From IMG/VR virus record IMGVR_UViG_3300042564_002211: a stretch of 64,000 bases of DNA; one strand, given 5' to 3'. Below are positions 30,601-39,006 of the stretch, one piece after another (within the stretch, counting starts at the first letter, position 1; every line of letters starts with the position of its first letter). The notes beneath the pieces were generated by a model, which ran no database searches, was not told the origin of the DNA, and saw nothing but the letters and a program-made list of their open reading frames with translations. Source of the stretch: an uncultured virus (IMG/VR IMGVR_UViG_3300042564_002211) (lineage: Duplodnaviria > Heunggongvirae > Uroviricota > Caudoviricetes). The position numbers were made by a program, and so were the translations under genes.

Positions 30601-31172
30601 GTCGTGCTGGCGATGACAAGCGGTGCGGTTCCGGTAGCAACAGTGCTAGTAACCTGACCGCTGAACGACGCGGTGCTTCCTGACAGCTTGCCGACAACAA
30701 CCGTGCCGGTTCCGTTGGGGGTGATCTCGATGTTTCCGTTCGCTCCATCGTAGATTCGGATGAAACCCTCGTTCGCAGAGCCCTCGTGAGTTCTGAGTGT
30801 CAGGTCGCCAGTGCCTCGAGTTGCGAGCGTGGCGTTCGTGTTGTTCGAGCCAATACGGATGTCCGTCGAGTTGATGTGGACATGTCCGGTGCCGTCAGGA
30901 GTGATCGTGATCGGACCATTCGATCCGAGGAGGCTGGTGAGCTCAGTCGCTCTGAGCGTTGTGAAGATGCCAACCGTTCCAGTCAGCGTTCCAGTGAGCG
31001 TTCCGCCAGTCAGTGGAAGGTAGTTTCCAAGCGATGATGCCGCCGCGTAGTACGACCCGTGCTGCCCGTCCAACAGGTCGGCGTTGAGGTTGATCACCAG
31101 CGCGGTCTGATTGACCGTGAACGGGGGAACCCCCGCTGCCGTGACGATCTGCAGTTGGCTCTCGAACTTCAT
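24663..31172 (-). CDS. long modular tail fibre protein (2169 aa)
   Basis: Repeated NLNADLLDGQHG, YLPLTGG and VLHAGN motifs; G/S/T/N-rich. Confidence 0.88.
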   Translation of the reverse strand: MKFESQLQIVTAAGVPPFTVNQTALVINLNADLLDGQHGSYYAAASSLGNYLPLTGGTLTGTLTGTVGIFTTLRATELTSLLGSNGPITITPDGTGHVHINSTDIRIGSNNTNATLATRGTGDLTLRTHEGSANEGFIRIYDGANGNIEITPNGTGTVVVGKLSGSTASFSGQVTSTVATGTAPLVIASTTAVTNLNADLLDGQHGAYYQNASNLNAGTVPSARLSGSYSIDITGNAGSSSALTTNTGSAASALQYWQLSGNSTLNPNTNWWYALRLSHGDADTYYSATIAVDFFNDEIQFRRKQNNVNQTWRSLLHSGNFNSYALPLTGGTITGQLSVNGSTASDILRLYTTGSTVWKLGVTDASGSYFNITADFGNVTIYKLNGNITTPGSFVSTVATGTAPLSVTSTTVVGNLNSDLLDGQHGSYFENRDTTAVGFSGGTLTLTRAAGNLTTSLDGRYLPLTGGVLTGALTGTTATFSGNVALNARVSFGNRQPVYSLFHGGAQDLAWKKIADITFGTALYSAATFKVEVIDANTNFGSMADCKPMTFFVSCRRSGGVLNDADNALVFGPVADYVRAVKTATGVYELQIRQIADWLNHIFIVEIISQGAGTVTYVTGTPANGSTTGTIYLPTTGGYTQRFTNLSVAAASSFAGQITSTVATGTAPLVIASTTLVSNLNAQYLNGQLGSYYENRDATALGFSGGTLTITRAAGNLTANLDGRYLLLSGGSMTGAITLTNSSTADGTGMLVINGATNTERAIMFQDSGANKWWFGRDNSGTVATGIGFYNYTAGAFDFYITDAGTATFRNTVSASITGTSRGVGTTDPTIGTGGLWVTSATGLNVARNSTAYIVLDAGNVGSYALPIAGGTITGNLTITGTLSEGGYLAFPERVYTVNLTAQSAANFYPIVINGSPGSDYWHHRFSLEMPDLGGGSAYNMDHLHGEARGQGWSDKTGFYRVFHNCYDNAERSVLGIWRGTQNWFGIVLYVRGGQTYYVRTTSRSVSGFTSATTQGNATFAIKNAAGSDVSGTSANIGELLNLINTPQGFHSSYNNYIGGTQVVTNTGTWGISISGSAAQLNGQAASYYENRDTTAVGFSGGTLTLTRAAGNLTVGLDGRYLPLTGGALTGTISIDTTGSSSSTSSVIIKRSGQSALNFGQYAGAWRSALQIQSNASDRLLFFAPPEADYQYGILRAANGGLKIDVGGTTSSTGTNAISIEASGAVSMPVSLNVVGAVTQNGNQVLHAGNYNSYAMLTTGIPSGSDQYVNFRVMRNSAASPADGMFIGYGNASSGRTRIYGEGSTTSHVYPDANGNLMRSDGSAYLHSSNYSSYALPLSGGTMTGDIVFANDSVRAITNAAGNAGYRPDDAYGNTYMWNYASAAGWYGDFNSFYWRTAASSLLMSLTSGALNSLVSIQQNGNQVLHASNYPQYALPITAGVSNPLTGQTKIKAGHSTTRFQLHYNHDNNDNSANAGFLTLWASEPGISYPYTGIGGNIHIDGQHYGRQGSGLAYGVYMRFNTGDGYTEFWNTTGAPGVAGGQGTRRAYIAQDGELYATANAYKVVHAGNFSSVIGYTPAYGTAAYQSKSLDTVSTPGLYQYDGAFGGTKPPDNSPNYRTIEIGSSARFSQIAMPWNSDGFYFRRRVDSSFTAWRTVLHDGNYNSYVPTLTGTGASGTWGVRITGFANQGSQRLYSTDASYNYDSANPYFGFLTYNGPVNRWRFKVSPATPDAVEVAYADVSGSANAIADGAVSTTAKLANSVVTYAKIQNVAVSTVLGNSSASVAQAPQALSMATLAGMLSGQTMNIVGSSTSVSAAADQAIVNQHNGSGSAWYGRILSKNSTNDRSAFLGTYGSVAGVFAHNNALSAWADLYINTVDGSSGGTVRMPSSVLISGNQALHAGSTSAPSLSIGGNAATATNLSTNRTNWSTNGVISAVVGQLAWKHYGNNHTIFDASNSTSPAGGSVNNTNAQIAWSSTYPTLMGWNGSNTYGVRVDSARVADSATSATSATSATTATNSTQLNGQAASYYENRDTTSVGISAGTLTLGRGAGNLTTTIGGRVVAWCDFNGNFASSQSPNASFNVSSITKNATGDYTVNFSSSLGTANYVVAGTAQLDTPSPGASNYNVMVAVPRRSGAKAAGSCRVVCEYPAGVALYDSISVGVAFIAA

Positions 31173-31184
31173 TCTGGAGATGGA

Positions 31185-33314
31185 TTAGTAGCCGACGACG
31201 ACCCAGCGATATGTGATTCCCGAAGCGGGAGCGACAGCGAAAGTGAAGCGAACGGTGTTCACGTCGAATGTCTTGGTGTCCACATACACTCTGTCGTCAC
31301 TGGAGTCGAACACTGAGACGACGACGTTCTTGGTGTTCAGATTGTGGGTGGCGCTGAACACGGTGGTGCTCGCGTTGCCGGTGATCGTGCCAGACACCTG
31401 AGCCGCCAACTGGGAGTTCAGGTTCGGCAGCGAATAGGTGCGTAGCGTGGTGCCGCCAGTCGTGAACTGGGCGTACTGGGTTCCAGTGCCGCCGTTCGCG
31501 CCGGGAAGCACTCCGGTGACAGCACTGCCGCTCGCAAGGTTGATCGCACCGAAACCAAGCGCGGTGCCAGCCGAGTCAACACGGAGCACCTGATTGGCAG
31601 TTCCCGAGATCGCTCCGCCGTTAGCAGCAGACGGGCTCGAATTGCCAAACACAGACAAGCCGGCGATCTGCTGAAACTTGGCGTATGTGACCGCGTTTGC
31701 AGAGATTGTGAGACCACCTGCCGCAGACAGCGTGGCGTCGCCCGACATGCCAACGAATGTCGGAACACCGCCAACACTCCCAACAAGCAGTTGTCCAGAA
31801 GTGGGCGCAGCGGTTTGGCCCATCGCGCTCGCACCGCCGTAGAACACCCCGTTAGTGGTCCACGTCGAAAGGCCCGTGCCGCCATTTCCAATCGGCAGGA
31901 TTCCGCTGACGTGATTGGTCAGCGTGATCTTACCCCAGCTAGGAGCAGTGCCGACACCGCCAGAAATCAGCGCGTTGCCAACAGCCACGCCAGCCAGCTT
32001 GGAAAGCGCGTTGGATGCGCTGGCGTAAAGGATGTCGCCGATGGTGTACGAAGACTGGCCCGTGCCGCCGTTGGCTGCCGCAAGCGTTCCGACGATAGCC
32101 GAAGTCGCACTAACATCGATTGCACCGAATGACGGAGCCCCACCGCCCGCCGGAACACGGAGAATCTGGTGGGCTGTGCCTGCCCCGATAAACCCGATCG
32201 TGGTCGCTCCAGTGGCGTATGGGATCGTGTTCGCCGTGTAGTCTGAGTTCTGGGCGAAATGGAACTGGGTTCCGTTGAGAACCATGCCGCGCCCGGCCGT
32301 GTAAGAACCAGCGCCAGAGAACTGAGTCCAGTTGAGAGCGGTGGTGTCGAGCGCGACCGGCGCATCGGCCGTCATCACCCAGCCGGTGTCCTTGTTGACC
32401 GTGCCCTCTTCGATAAAGGTGAACGATCCGGGGCTGGCATCAGCACTGGTGTCGAAATCGCTGGCGCGGGTCAAAACCCAGGCCACGCTGTAACTGCCAG
32501 CATTGGTGACCGTGTAGATGCCGTTTTCGCTCGCGCCGTTTCCGCTGGTTTCGTTCTTAACCAGCACCCGGTTCCCAGCGGCAAGCGTAACACCGTCGAT
32601 GATGAGCGGCGTCAGGCCGCCCGTCATCGTCTTGGTGATGTTGTTGTAGGTGCCACCGAGATCAGCGGTGGTGGCAACACGACAAGACGCCTTGGGATCA
32701 AGGCCTTGAGCGAAACTCTCGACGAACTGGCGGTTGGCTGCGTCAGTTCCAGAAACAGGGTCGGCGACGTTGGTAATCAGCTGGCCACCGAAAGACACAG
32801 GGCCAGTCGGAGCACCCAATTCGGACAGCAGGAAAGTGCTCTTGGCTACCGCAGCACCAACACCACTTCCGTTTCCAACGATGATCTGGTTGTTCGCGAG
32901 TGTGATTTCCCCAGGAACAACTGAAAGTGACGTGACGTTGAGGCTGATCGCCGCCGTCCCATCGAACCCAACACCAGCGGCCGTAGCCTTTCCGCTGATG
33001 GCGATGTTACGAGCATTGGTGAGCTTGTTTGCTTGAGTTGCCGTGCCATCAAAAAGCGTCGCGGTAATAGTTCCGGCTGAGAACCCGCCAGAGCTATCAC
33101 GAAGCACCGCGGTGTTAGCGGTCGCTTGGGTGTCCATCGGGTAGATGGCCCGCCAGTTAACGCCGTCGCTCCAGTTGAGCCGGTTGTTCGACGTGTCCAT
33201 CCACATCGAGCCTTTCCCAGTGCTCGCTGCATACGGGACCGTCGGGCTGTTGTGGATCTGCAGATTAACAATCTGCAGGTTCGACATGTCTAGGATTGAG
33301 AGAAACTTGGGCAT
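31185..33314 (-). CDS. tail fibre/structural protein (709 aa)
   Basis: ITNVADPVSGTDAAN, NRVLVKN..NGIY, NGGTG repeats. Confidence 0.78.
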   Translation of the reverse strand: MPKFLSILDMSNLQIVNLQIHNSPTVPYAASTGKGSMWMDTSNNRLNWSDGVNWRAIYPMDTQATANTAVLRDSSGGFSAGTITATLFDGTATQANKLTNARNIAISGKATAAGVGFDGTAAISLNVTSLSVVPGEITLANNQIIVGNGSGVGAAVAKSTFLLSELGAPTGPVSFGGQLITNVADPVSGTDAANRQFVESFAQGLDPKASCRVATTADLGGTYNNITKTMTGGLTPLIIDGVTLAAGNRVLVKNETSGNGASENGIYTVTNAGSYSVAWVLTRASDFDTSADASPGSFTFIEEGTVNKDTGWVMTADAPVALDTTALNWTQFSGAGSYTAGRGMVLNGTQFHFAQNSDYTANTIPYATGATTIGFIGAGTAHQILRVPAGGGAPSFGAIDVSATSAIVGTLAAANGGTGQSSYTIGDILYASASNALSKLAGVAVGNALISGGVGTAPSWGKITLTNHVSGILPIGNGGTGLSTWTTNGVFYGGASAMGQTAAPTSGQLLVGSVGGVPTFVGMSGDATLSAAGGLTISANAVTYAKFQQIAGLSVFGNSSPSAANGGAISGTANQVLRVDSAGTALGFGAINLASGSAVTGVLPGANGGTGTQYAQFTTGGTTLRTYSLPNLNSQLAAQVSGTITGNASTTVFSATHNLNTKNVVVSVFDSSDDRVYVDTKTFDVNTVRFTFAVAPASGITYRWVVVGY

Positions 33315-33321
33315 GGCAGTC

Positions 33322-33939
33322 CTAATTTAGATACGCGGTTCCCGACACTTCTGCGTAAAACGTGACCACGAGAGAGTTTGAGTCAATGTATCGAACGTCC
33401 CCATAGAAGACGTTCTTGGACTGATCAACCACGGTGACTGATGGGAACCACCCCAGCCCGTGATTGATTGTCCATGAAGCCGATGCAACACCCTGAGTAT
33501 GGATGTACCTCGCCGACTGAATGAGCGACTCAACCTCGTCAACCGTAACACCGCTGTCGGTGCTGATTGAGTCGATCTGGTTCTGGAGGTTGGTCGTGTT
33601 CGACACGATCAACTGGTTCAGCGAATCGATCTGAGAGTTGATGCTGGCGACCGCAGACTGAATCGCGCTTGAGATTTGATCGGAAACGTCGACCGCCTGA
33701 GCCTCGGTGACCGCAGTCGACTGCTGAGTCGGAATCGGAAACTGAGCCTGAAGGCTGATCCGCCACCGGTTTACGGCATCTGAAAACTCCCTGACGGTGG
33801 CATCATTGAGCTTTTGAGGGAGTTGCGGAAAGTCGGGTATGACAACGTCGGCAGTACCCAAGCCGGTATTGGCACCATTGCCCCTGCCAGGGGTTGATGC
33901 CAACCGCTTGATCAGGGTTGCCTTGGCGTTGGATGCCAT
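33322..33939 (-). CDS. structural protein (coiled coil plus C-terminal beta domain)
   Basis: YIHTQGVASASWTINHGLGWFPSVTVVD. Confidence 0.65.
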   Translation of the reverse strand: MASNAKATLIKRLASTPGRGNGANTGLGTADVVIPDFPQLPQKLNDATVREFSDAVNRWRISLQAQFPIPTQQSTAVTEAQAVDVSDQISSAIQSAVASINSQIDSLNQLIVSNTTNLQNQIDSISTDSGVTVDEVESLIQSARYIHTQGVASASWTINHGLGWFPSVTVVDQSKNVFYGDVRYIDSNSLVVTFYAEVSGTAYLN

Positions 33940-33942
33940 GGA

Positions 33943-34929
33943 TCAAACACTACTGAGAATGTCTAGTGCGACAACACGGAGTCGTTCCATGAACTTGGAC
34001 TTGGTGAACTTGAACGACATCTCGTAAGACCTTGTCGCCTTCTCGTTCAGTAGGGAGCGATTGCTGTACGCCTCGCGCAAGGCGTGAATGACACCGTCTC
34101 TGGATGGCTTGCCTCCCTGCCCAAATCCGAAGTACGGCTTGTCGTCCGGTGCTTGGACCATGGTGTAAGGCAGGTGCCACGATGTCTCTGGAGTTGTGAA
34201 ATCAGCAGGCCCTCCCCACGGGACGATGATCGACGGCCTTCCGGTCGCCATAAGTTCGCACGCCGGGAAGTTCCACCCCTCCAAGCCTGACAGGAACACG
34301 CCGCAGTGGTGCGCCCCAAGCATCTCTTCGTACTTGGGTCGCGTTAAAGTCTCTCGAGACACAGTGATTCGATCGTCTTTCGGGTCCAGCTTGTAGCAGT
34401 CGTTGCTACTCTTGATTGTCAGTCTGACATCACGCTCTCGAGGGAACGCCAGCTTGAAGCACTCGATGAGTTCGTCCATGCCCTTGCGTGCTCGAACACC
34501 ATTGTCTCGGCCGATAGACACGAACTTGAACACGTCATCAGGAGGCATTGGTGCCCATGGCGATTCACCCCATAGAGGAACCGCGTGGATCATTCCACGA
34601 TACCCACTGGACCTGAAGACACGGACATTCATCTTGCATGGCACGATCAGAGCCCTTGCAGACATGAACCCGGTTGCCGTTGGTGGAAGCTGAGTTGGCT
34701 CCCACATCGTGAACCGAATCGGTGACACCGAGACGTTGGTGGGGTCTGCCAGAACTATGTCCGGGTAATCGAGCGGTGATACATGCACCGCATTGACCGC
34801 TTGCATGCAGGCCTCAGCAAGTCGGCCGTAGCCGGTGGATGGGTCTGTCGCTGGCGTGTAGAACCTCAGAGGTCTACCAGAGAGTCGTGCATGGGAAGCT
34901 AGAGGGGGCCTAACATTGACCGTCAGCAT
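33943..34929 (-). CDS. GT-B glycosyltransferase (GT4-like)
   Basis: TGYGR, FTMWE, RKGMDEL, EGWNFPACELMATGRP (E-x7-E motif). Confidence 0.88.
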   Translation of the reverse strand: MLTVNVRPPLASHARLSGRPLRFYTPATDPSTGYGRLAEACMQAVNAVHVSPLDYPDIVLADPTNVSVSPIRFTMWEPTQLPPTATGFMSARALIVPCKMNVRVFRSSGYRGMIHAVPLWGESPWAPMPPDDVFKFVSIGRDNGVRARKGMDELIECFKLAFPRERDVRLTIKSSNDCYKLDPKDDRITVSRETLTRPKYEEMLGAHHCGVFLSGLEGWNFPACELMATGRPSIIVPWGGPADFTTPETSWHLPYTMVQAPDDKPYFGFGQGGKPSRDGVIHALREAYSNRSLLNEKATRSYEMSFKFTKSKFMERLRVVALDILSSV

Positions 34930-35690
34930 ACATCGGGAGGCATAACCTTGGGGCTGCGAACCGCTTGCTGAGCTTTGCGGCAGTCGTAGGCCAACTGTGA
35001 AATCGCGCTCGTGTACAGCGAGTTTGCGGTTTGGTAGTCGCTCATGTCTTTGGTCTCTCGGCGGGCCACTTGTGCGTCCAAGTAGACCTCGACCGCCTGC
35101 ATGACATCGCGGCTCTCAAACGTCACCGGTATCACAGTAGTGTCGATGAACGTCCGCTGAATGCCGTTCCACTCAACCACGATCTGCTCAGTGCTGTCGA
35201 TCGATGGAAACACGTAGACGGTGCCGCGATTGATGGACCAGTAGAGGGCTCCAGGTCCGGTGCGGAACCCCTTGTCCGTGCTCACGCTTCCAGGTGCGTA
35301 GATAGGAGCGCCAACAGCATCGTTTGGCGCATGAGGGGTCATGCCGTAAGCGTCACCCGGAAGACAGCAGCGGTAGCTGTGGATCATGTCGAGCATTCGC
35401 TCGTGGTCCACAAACATGGCCTCAACCGGATCGCAACCTCCGTCCAGTGCAGACGTGTAGATGCGCTCAATGTTGCCGTCCACGGTGTCGAACGTGCTCG
35501 CACCGCAATGGAACAAGGTCGACGACTGCCCAATGTAGTCCGCGTGATTGGTTCGCAGGCACGGAATTTTGGTCTGAATGTCGATGAGCGCATCCTTCAC
35601 GGCCAGCTTGTGAACGTGGACAAGGTTCTCAGCCTCGCCCTCGGGGAAGACGGCAGTGCTGATCTGGGCGTAATATTGAGAGAAGTTCAT
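34923..35690 (-). CDS. putative head-tail adaptor / tail tubular protein A
   Basis: Size and position after capsid; YWSINRGTVYVFP. Confidence 0.55.
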   Translation of the reverse strand: MNFSQYYAQISTAVFPEGEAENLVHVHKLAVKDALIDIQTKIPCLRTNHADYIGQSSTLFHCGASTFDTVDGNIERIYTSALDGGCDPVEAMFVDHERMLDMIHSYRCCLPGDAYGMTPHAPNDAVGAPIYAPGSVSTDKGFRTGPGALYWSINRGTVYVFPSIDSTEQIVVEWNGIQRTFIDTTVIPVTFESRDVMQAVEVYLDAQVARRETKDMSDYQTANSLYTSAISQLAYDCRKAQQAVRSPKVMPPDVC

Positions 35691-36343
35691 CGTACAAGCC
35701 TTCCGCGCTGAGCCTCGATGTCGGCAATCTGGGCGTTCAGCATGCTGATTGTCTGGTTGTCGGTCGAGAGAATGGCGCGTTCTCTGATGCTTCTGATCTG
35801 CCCAGCAAGCACAGAGTCGAACGTCTGGTAGGCGGCGTTCACGGCAAGGCTAGACTTCCTGGCCCTGTTGATCGCGAACAGCAAGGCAAGCATTCCGATC
35901 GCCATCAGAATCAGGTTAACACCCAGCGGAATTGAAACCGATTTTGCAATCGACTCGGTGGTCTTTTCCTTGTCTGAGGCATCCACGTTGGACGAATAGT
36001 GAATCTCTTCACGATACGGCTGCTGAGCTTGAGTCTGAACTGTTTGAGCAGTTTCTTTTGGAACCACCGGAACCGCAACCATTGCGACCGGAGGTGCCTG
36101 CGGAATCTGTTCCGGCTCTTTCGGAATCGTGACACTCACCTTGTTTCCAAGTCCGCCAACGTGAAACTCCGTAGCGGTTTTGGGGTCAGGCCTCTGTCCT
36201 GTAACGATTTTGGAGAACTGCTCGGAACCCTTGAGCGTGGAAGCGGCGACCTCTGACGTTGACGATGTGCGCTTCGCGGTGCTTGGCACCAAAGCTCCAC
36301 ACCCGGCAATGAACAGAAGCAGTGTGATCAGAAACGCTTTCAT
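35687..36343 (-). CDS. lipoprotein with C-proximal TM helix (unimolecular spanin candidate)
   Basis: MKAFLITLLLFIAG-C lipobox; hydrophobic IPLGVNLILMAIGMLALLFAI. Confidence 0.55.
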   Translation of the reverse strand: MKAFLITLLLFIAGCGALVPSTAKRTSSTSEVAASTLKGSEQFSKIVTGQRPDPKTATEFHVGGLGNKVSVTIPKEPEQIPQAPPVAMVAVPVVPKETAQTVQTQAQQPYREEIHYSSNVDASDKEKTTESIAKSVSIPLGVNLILMAIGMLALLFAINRARKSSLAVNAAYQTFDSVLAGQIRSIRERAILSTDNQTISMLNAQIADIEAQRGRLVR

Positions 36344-36594
36344 CAGTCGTCTATTGATACACCAAGTTGGTTCGCCTTGGCTCGCAGTATCTTGAGCTCA
36401 GCCTCGATCTTCTTGATGTTCACCCGACTCAATCGGATGGCGTAGAAGCTCGCACACATTGTGGCCACCGCAGCGGCCATCTGAACCCAGCTTGGTAGGC
36501 TGAAAATGTGCGAAACAGCCATGGCGACCATCCCGCCGATGGACATGGCACCGGACTTGGCTGCAACGATGTGGTTGGCTTGAATGTCGCTCAT
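36343..36594 (-). CDS. holin-like small membrane protein
   Basis: 83 aa, two hydrophobic segments, basic C-terminus. Confidence 0.5.
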   Translation of the reverse strand: MSDIQANHIVAAKSGAMSIGGMVAMAVSHIFSLPSWVQMAAAVATMCASFYAIRLSRVNIKKIEAELKILRAKANQLGVSIDD

Positions 36595-36608
36595 GGGATG
36601 TGGCTGGT

Positions 36609-37025
36609 TTAGCGTTTCAGTTTTCCGACTGTCGGCTTTGAAACCTTGACCTCATCCGGCGAGGTGGATGGCGTTTGATCAGCCTGCTTCGGCTTGTCAG
36701 ACGCGGGAACCACGGCCGCAGCAGGATCGCCTGACTGGAGTTGTGCCTGAGCTTGAACCGCCGCCAGAGTTAGACCCTGTCTGGTTAGCGACGACTGCAG
36801 CGATTTCGAGGCGTTCTTTTTTTTTAACTCCTCGTCGTAAACCTCTTGTGTCATCTCCCAGATTCCGCCGCGCTTTTCGCGGATTCGGAGCTCGAGTTCT
36901 GCGATAAAGACCGCGTCCTCAGTGGCCAGAAGACCGATGCCGGCAGCGCCCTCGATGAGCGGGACAGTGCGCCCGTCGGCCGATTGGATGGTGTTGTAAA
37001 CGAGAGATTTTCCAAAGTACCGCAT
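36609..37025 (-). CDS. hypothetical protein downstream of capsid
   Basis: ORF; start chosen at MRYFGK after the terminator. Confidence 0.6.
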   Translation of the reverse strand: MRYFGKSLVYNTIQSADGRTVPLIEGAAGIGLLATEDAVFIAELELRIREKRGGIWEMTQEVYDEELKKKNASKSLQSSLTRQGLTLAAVQAQAQLQSGDPAAAVVPASDKPKQADQTPSTSPDEVKVSKPTVGKLKR

Positions 37026-37072
37026 GGCGAGATTTTGATCAGGGTGTTGAGAGCCGCAACTGAAAGTCATCC

Positions 37073-37110
37073 AACAAAAAGGGCGGGTGAGCCGTTAGAC
37101 CCACCCGCCC
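37073..37110 (-). terminator. intrinsic terminator after major capsid gene
   Basis: Minus strand GGGCGGGTGGGTC..GGCTCACCCGCCC-TTTTTGTT. Confidence 0.85.
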
Positions 37111-37124
37111 AGTGCATTCACTGA

Positions 37125-38894
37125 TTAGACGTAGTACGAACCGTTGTTGGTGCTGTTGCCGATCGGGGCAGCAGGACCGAGGTTCTCCAGCACGAAGCTG
37201 GTGGTCTCGGCTTCCAGAACCGCCGTGTAGGTGGTGCTGGTCAGCTTGGTGGTCCGGCTCGGCACCTTCATCACGCAGGAGTAGCTGTCATCCACAGCGG
37301 CAAGCTGCTTCAGGTCGCCAGTCTTGTTGGTGACGCTGTTCGAGTCGATGATGCCCTGGTAGACATTCTGCCAGTCGATGGCCCACATCATGCGGCCAGC
37401 GGTCTCGAACCCAGCAGCCTTGTGAGCGGCGAGCATGTCGTCGAACATGCGGTGGGTAACGATGCGGAGCTCGACCTGCGGGTAGTCGAGGGTGAAGCGG
37501 TAGAAGCGGAAGCCGAACGGCCCCTGCTCGCCACCCTGGTTCAGCTGCATGGTCAGGCGGAACACGTCGGAGCCGTACTTCGCCTTGAAGTAGTTCACCA
37601 TACCGATGATGAACTGGTTCGCGTAGAACGAGTCGGTGAAGAGCTCGATGATGTCCGCCTTGGTGCCGGCAGCCTCGCGCTCCCGCTGGAGGCGGTAGAG
37701 CGTGTTGAACAGCTTGTTCAGGTCGAGGGTGTCAGCCTCCATGTCGTACACGCGACCGCACTCGCCCAGCTGCTCGTAGATGCCGGTGGCGTTGGCCTTG
37801 CGACCAATGCAGCGACCGTCCACAGCGAGGTTCAAGGAGCCGGTAGGCACATTGATCGCCGGGAGGTTGTTGTAGTTCGCCAGCGTCTGGTTCGCGTTCA
37901 GCGGCTTGTTGAAGAAGAAGCTGTTGGCGTGACGGCGCTGGAAATCCTCAATGATCTGGCGGTTGAGCTCAACGGTCTCAACATCACCAAACTGCTTGAA
38001 GAACGGGTTGGAGTCCCGAAGCGCCGAGAGGTACTTCTGGGTGAGCTCGTCTTCGCAGATCGAGTACCGGGTGGTCTCGATCCAGAACGGAAGCAGCTGG
38101 TTGTTGTTGATGCCCGGGATCTCAGCGCAGTGGCTCTCGTAGTCGGAGACGTTGGGAGTGCCGCGCACCACAAGACCGAGGAGGGCGTCAGCAGCCAGAC
38201 CGGCTGGGATCTTCGCCTTGGCCTGAACCGCAGCAGCGTTGCCGGAAGCCGCAAACACGGAACCAGCGTTCTGAGGGGTGACAGTGATGCGAACGAACGC
38301 ACCATTGCTGTCAGAACCAGAGCTCACATAAGCCTTCACGACGAACGCGAGGCGGTACGTGGTGTCGCCGACAGCAGGATCACCCGAGCCAGCGTTCTTG
38401 CCGGACACGAAGATCCGAAGACCATTCGGGAACCAGCGAGAGTCGGCCGGGATGGAGCCCTGCGAGTAGATCTTCAGGTCGAGATCAGCAGTCTGCGACG
38501 GGGTAGTACCAGTGGCAGCGACCACGCGAGCGGTCCAGTACTCACTGTTGACCTGACGCTTCCGGCCCATCTTGATGAAGGGCGAGAGCTCCCAGACACC
38601 ACCAGCCACCTGCTGCACGCTCAGGCGCTTGCCGCCCATCACGCGCTTGTTGGCCTGGAGGAAGTCATAGAGGCCGTTCTGGCGGACGCCGACAGCCTTT
38701 CCCACGAAGTCCGCGGCAATCAAGTTGCCGAGAATGCGGTAGTTGGTGTCGTTCGATCCGTAGATCGACGCGAGATCACCGGACGTGACGACCTTGGCGT
38801 CGCACGCGGTCACAGCGCCACAGGACTCAATGTTGGTCCCGATGGCCGGAAGACACCTGCTGAACAGGTTGTCGGTAGGGGTTGCAATAGGCAT
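37125..38894 (-). CDS. major capsid protein (589 aa)
   Basis: Follows the scaffold, has AAAGGA RBS, strongly biased codons and a downstream terminator. Confidence 0.75.
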   Translation of the reverse strand: MPIATPTDNLFSRCLPAIGTNIESCGAVTACDAKVVTSGDLASIYGSNDTNYRILGNLIAADFVGKAVGVRQNGLYDFLQANKRVMGGKRLSVQQVAGGVWELSPFIKMGRKRQVNSEYWTARVVAATGTTPSQTADLDLKIYSQGSIPADSRWFPNGLRIFVSGKNAGSGDPAVGDTTYRLAFVVKAYVSSGSDSNGAFVRITVTPQNAGSVFAASGNAAAVQAKAKIPAGLAADALLGLVVRGTPNVSDYESHCAEIPGINNNQLLPFWIETTRYSICEDELTQKYLSALRDSNPFFKQFGDVETVELNRQIIEDFQRRHANSFFFNKPLNANQTLANYNNLPAINVPTGSLNLAVDGRCIGRKANATGIYEQLGECGRVYDMEADTLDLNKLFNTLYRLQREREAAGTKADIIELFTDSFYANQFIIGMVNYFKAKYGSDVFRLTMQLNQGGEQGPFGFRFYRFTLDYPQVELRIVTHRMFDDMLAAHKAAGFETAGRMMWAIDWQNVYQGIIDSNSVTNKTGDLKQLAAVDDSYSCVMKVPSRTTKLTSTTYTAVLEAETTSFVLENLGPAAPIGNSTNNGSYYV

Positions 38895-39006
38895 ATTCAG
38901 TTATTCCTTTCGCCGCTTATCTTGTCACTAGATTGACCTGTTTGTGAATAGGTCAGTCGATTTTGTGTTTTACAATCACCGCTGCTCTAATTTGCGCAGA
39001 GAGCCG

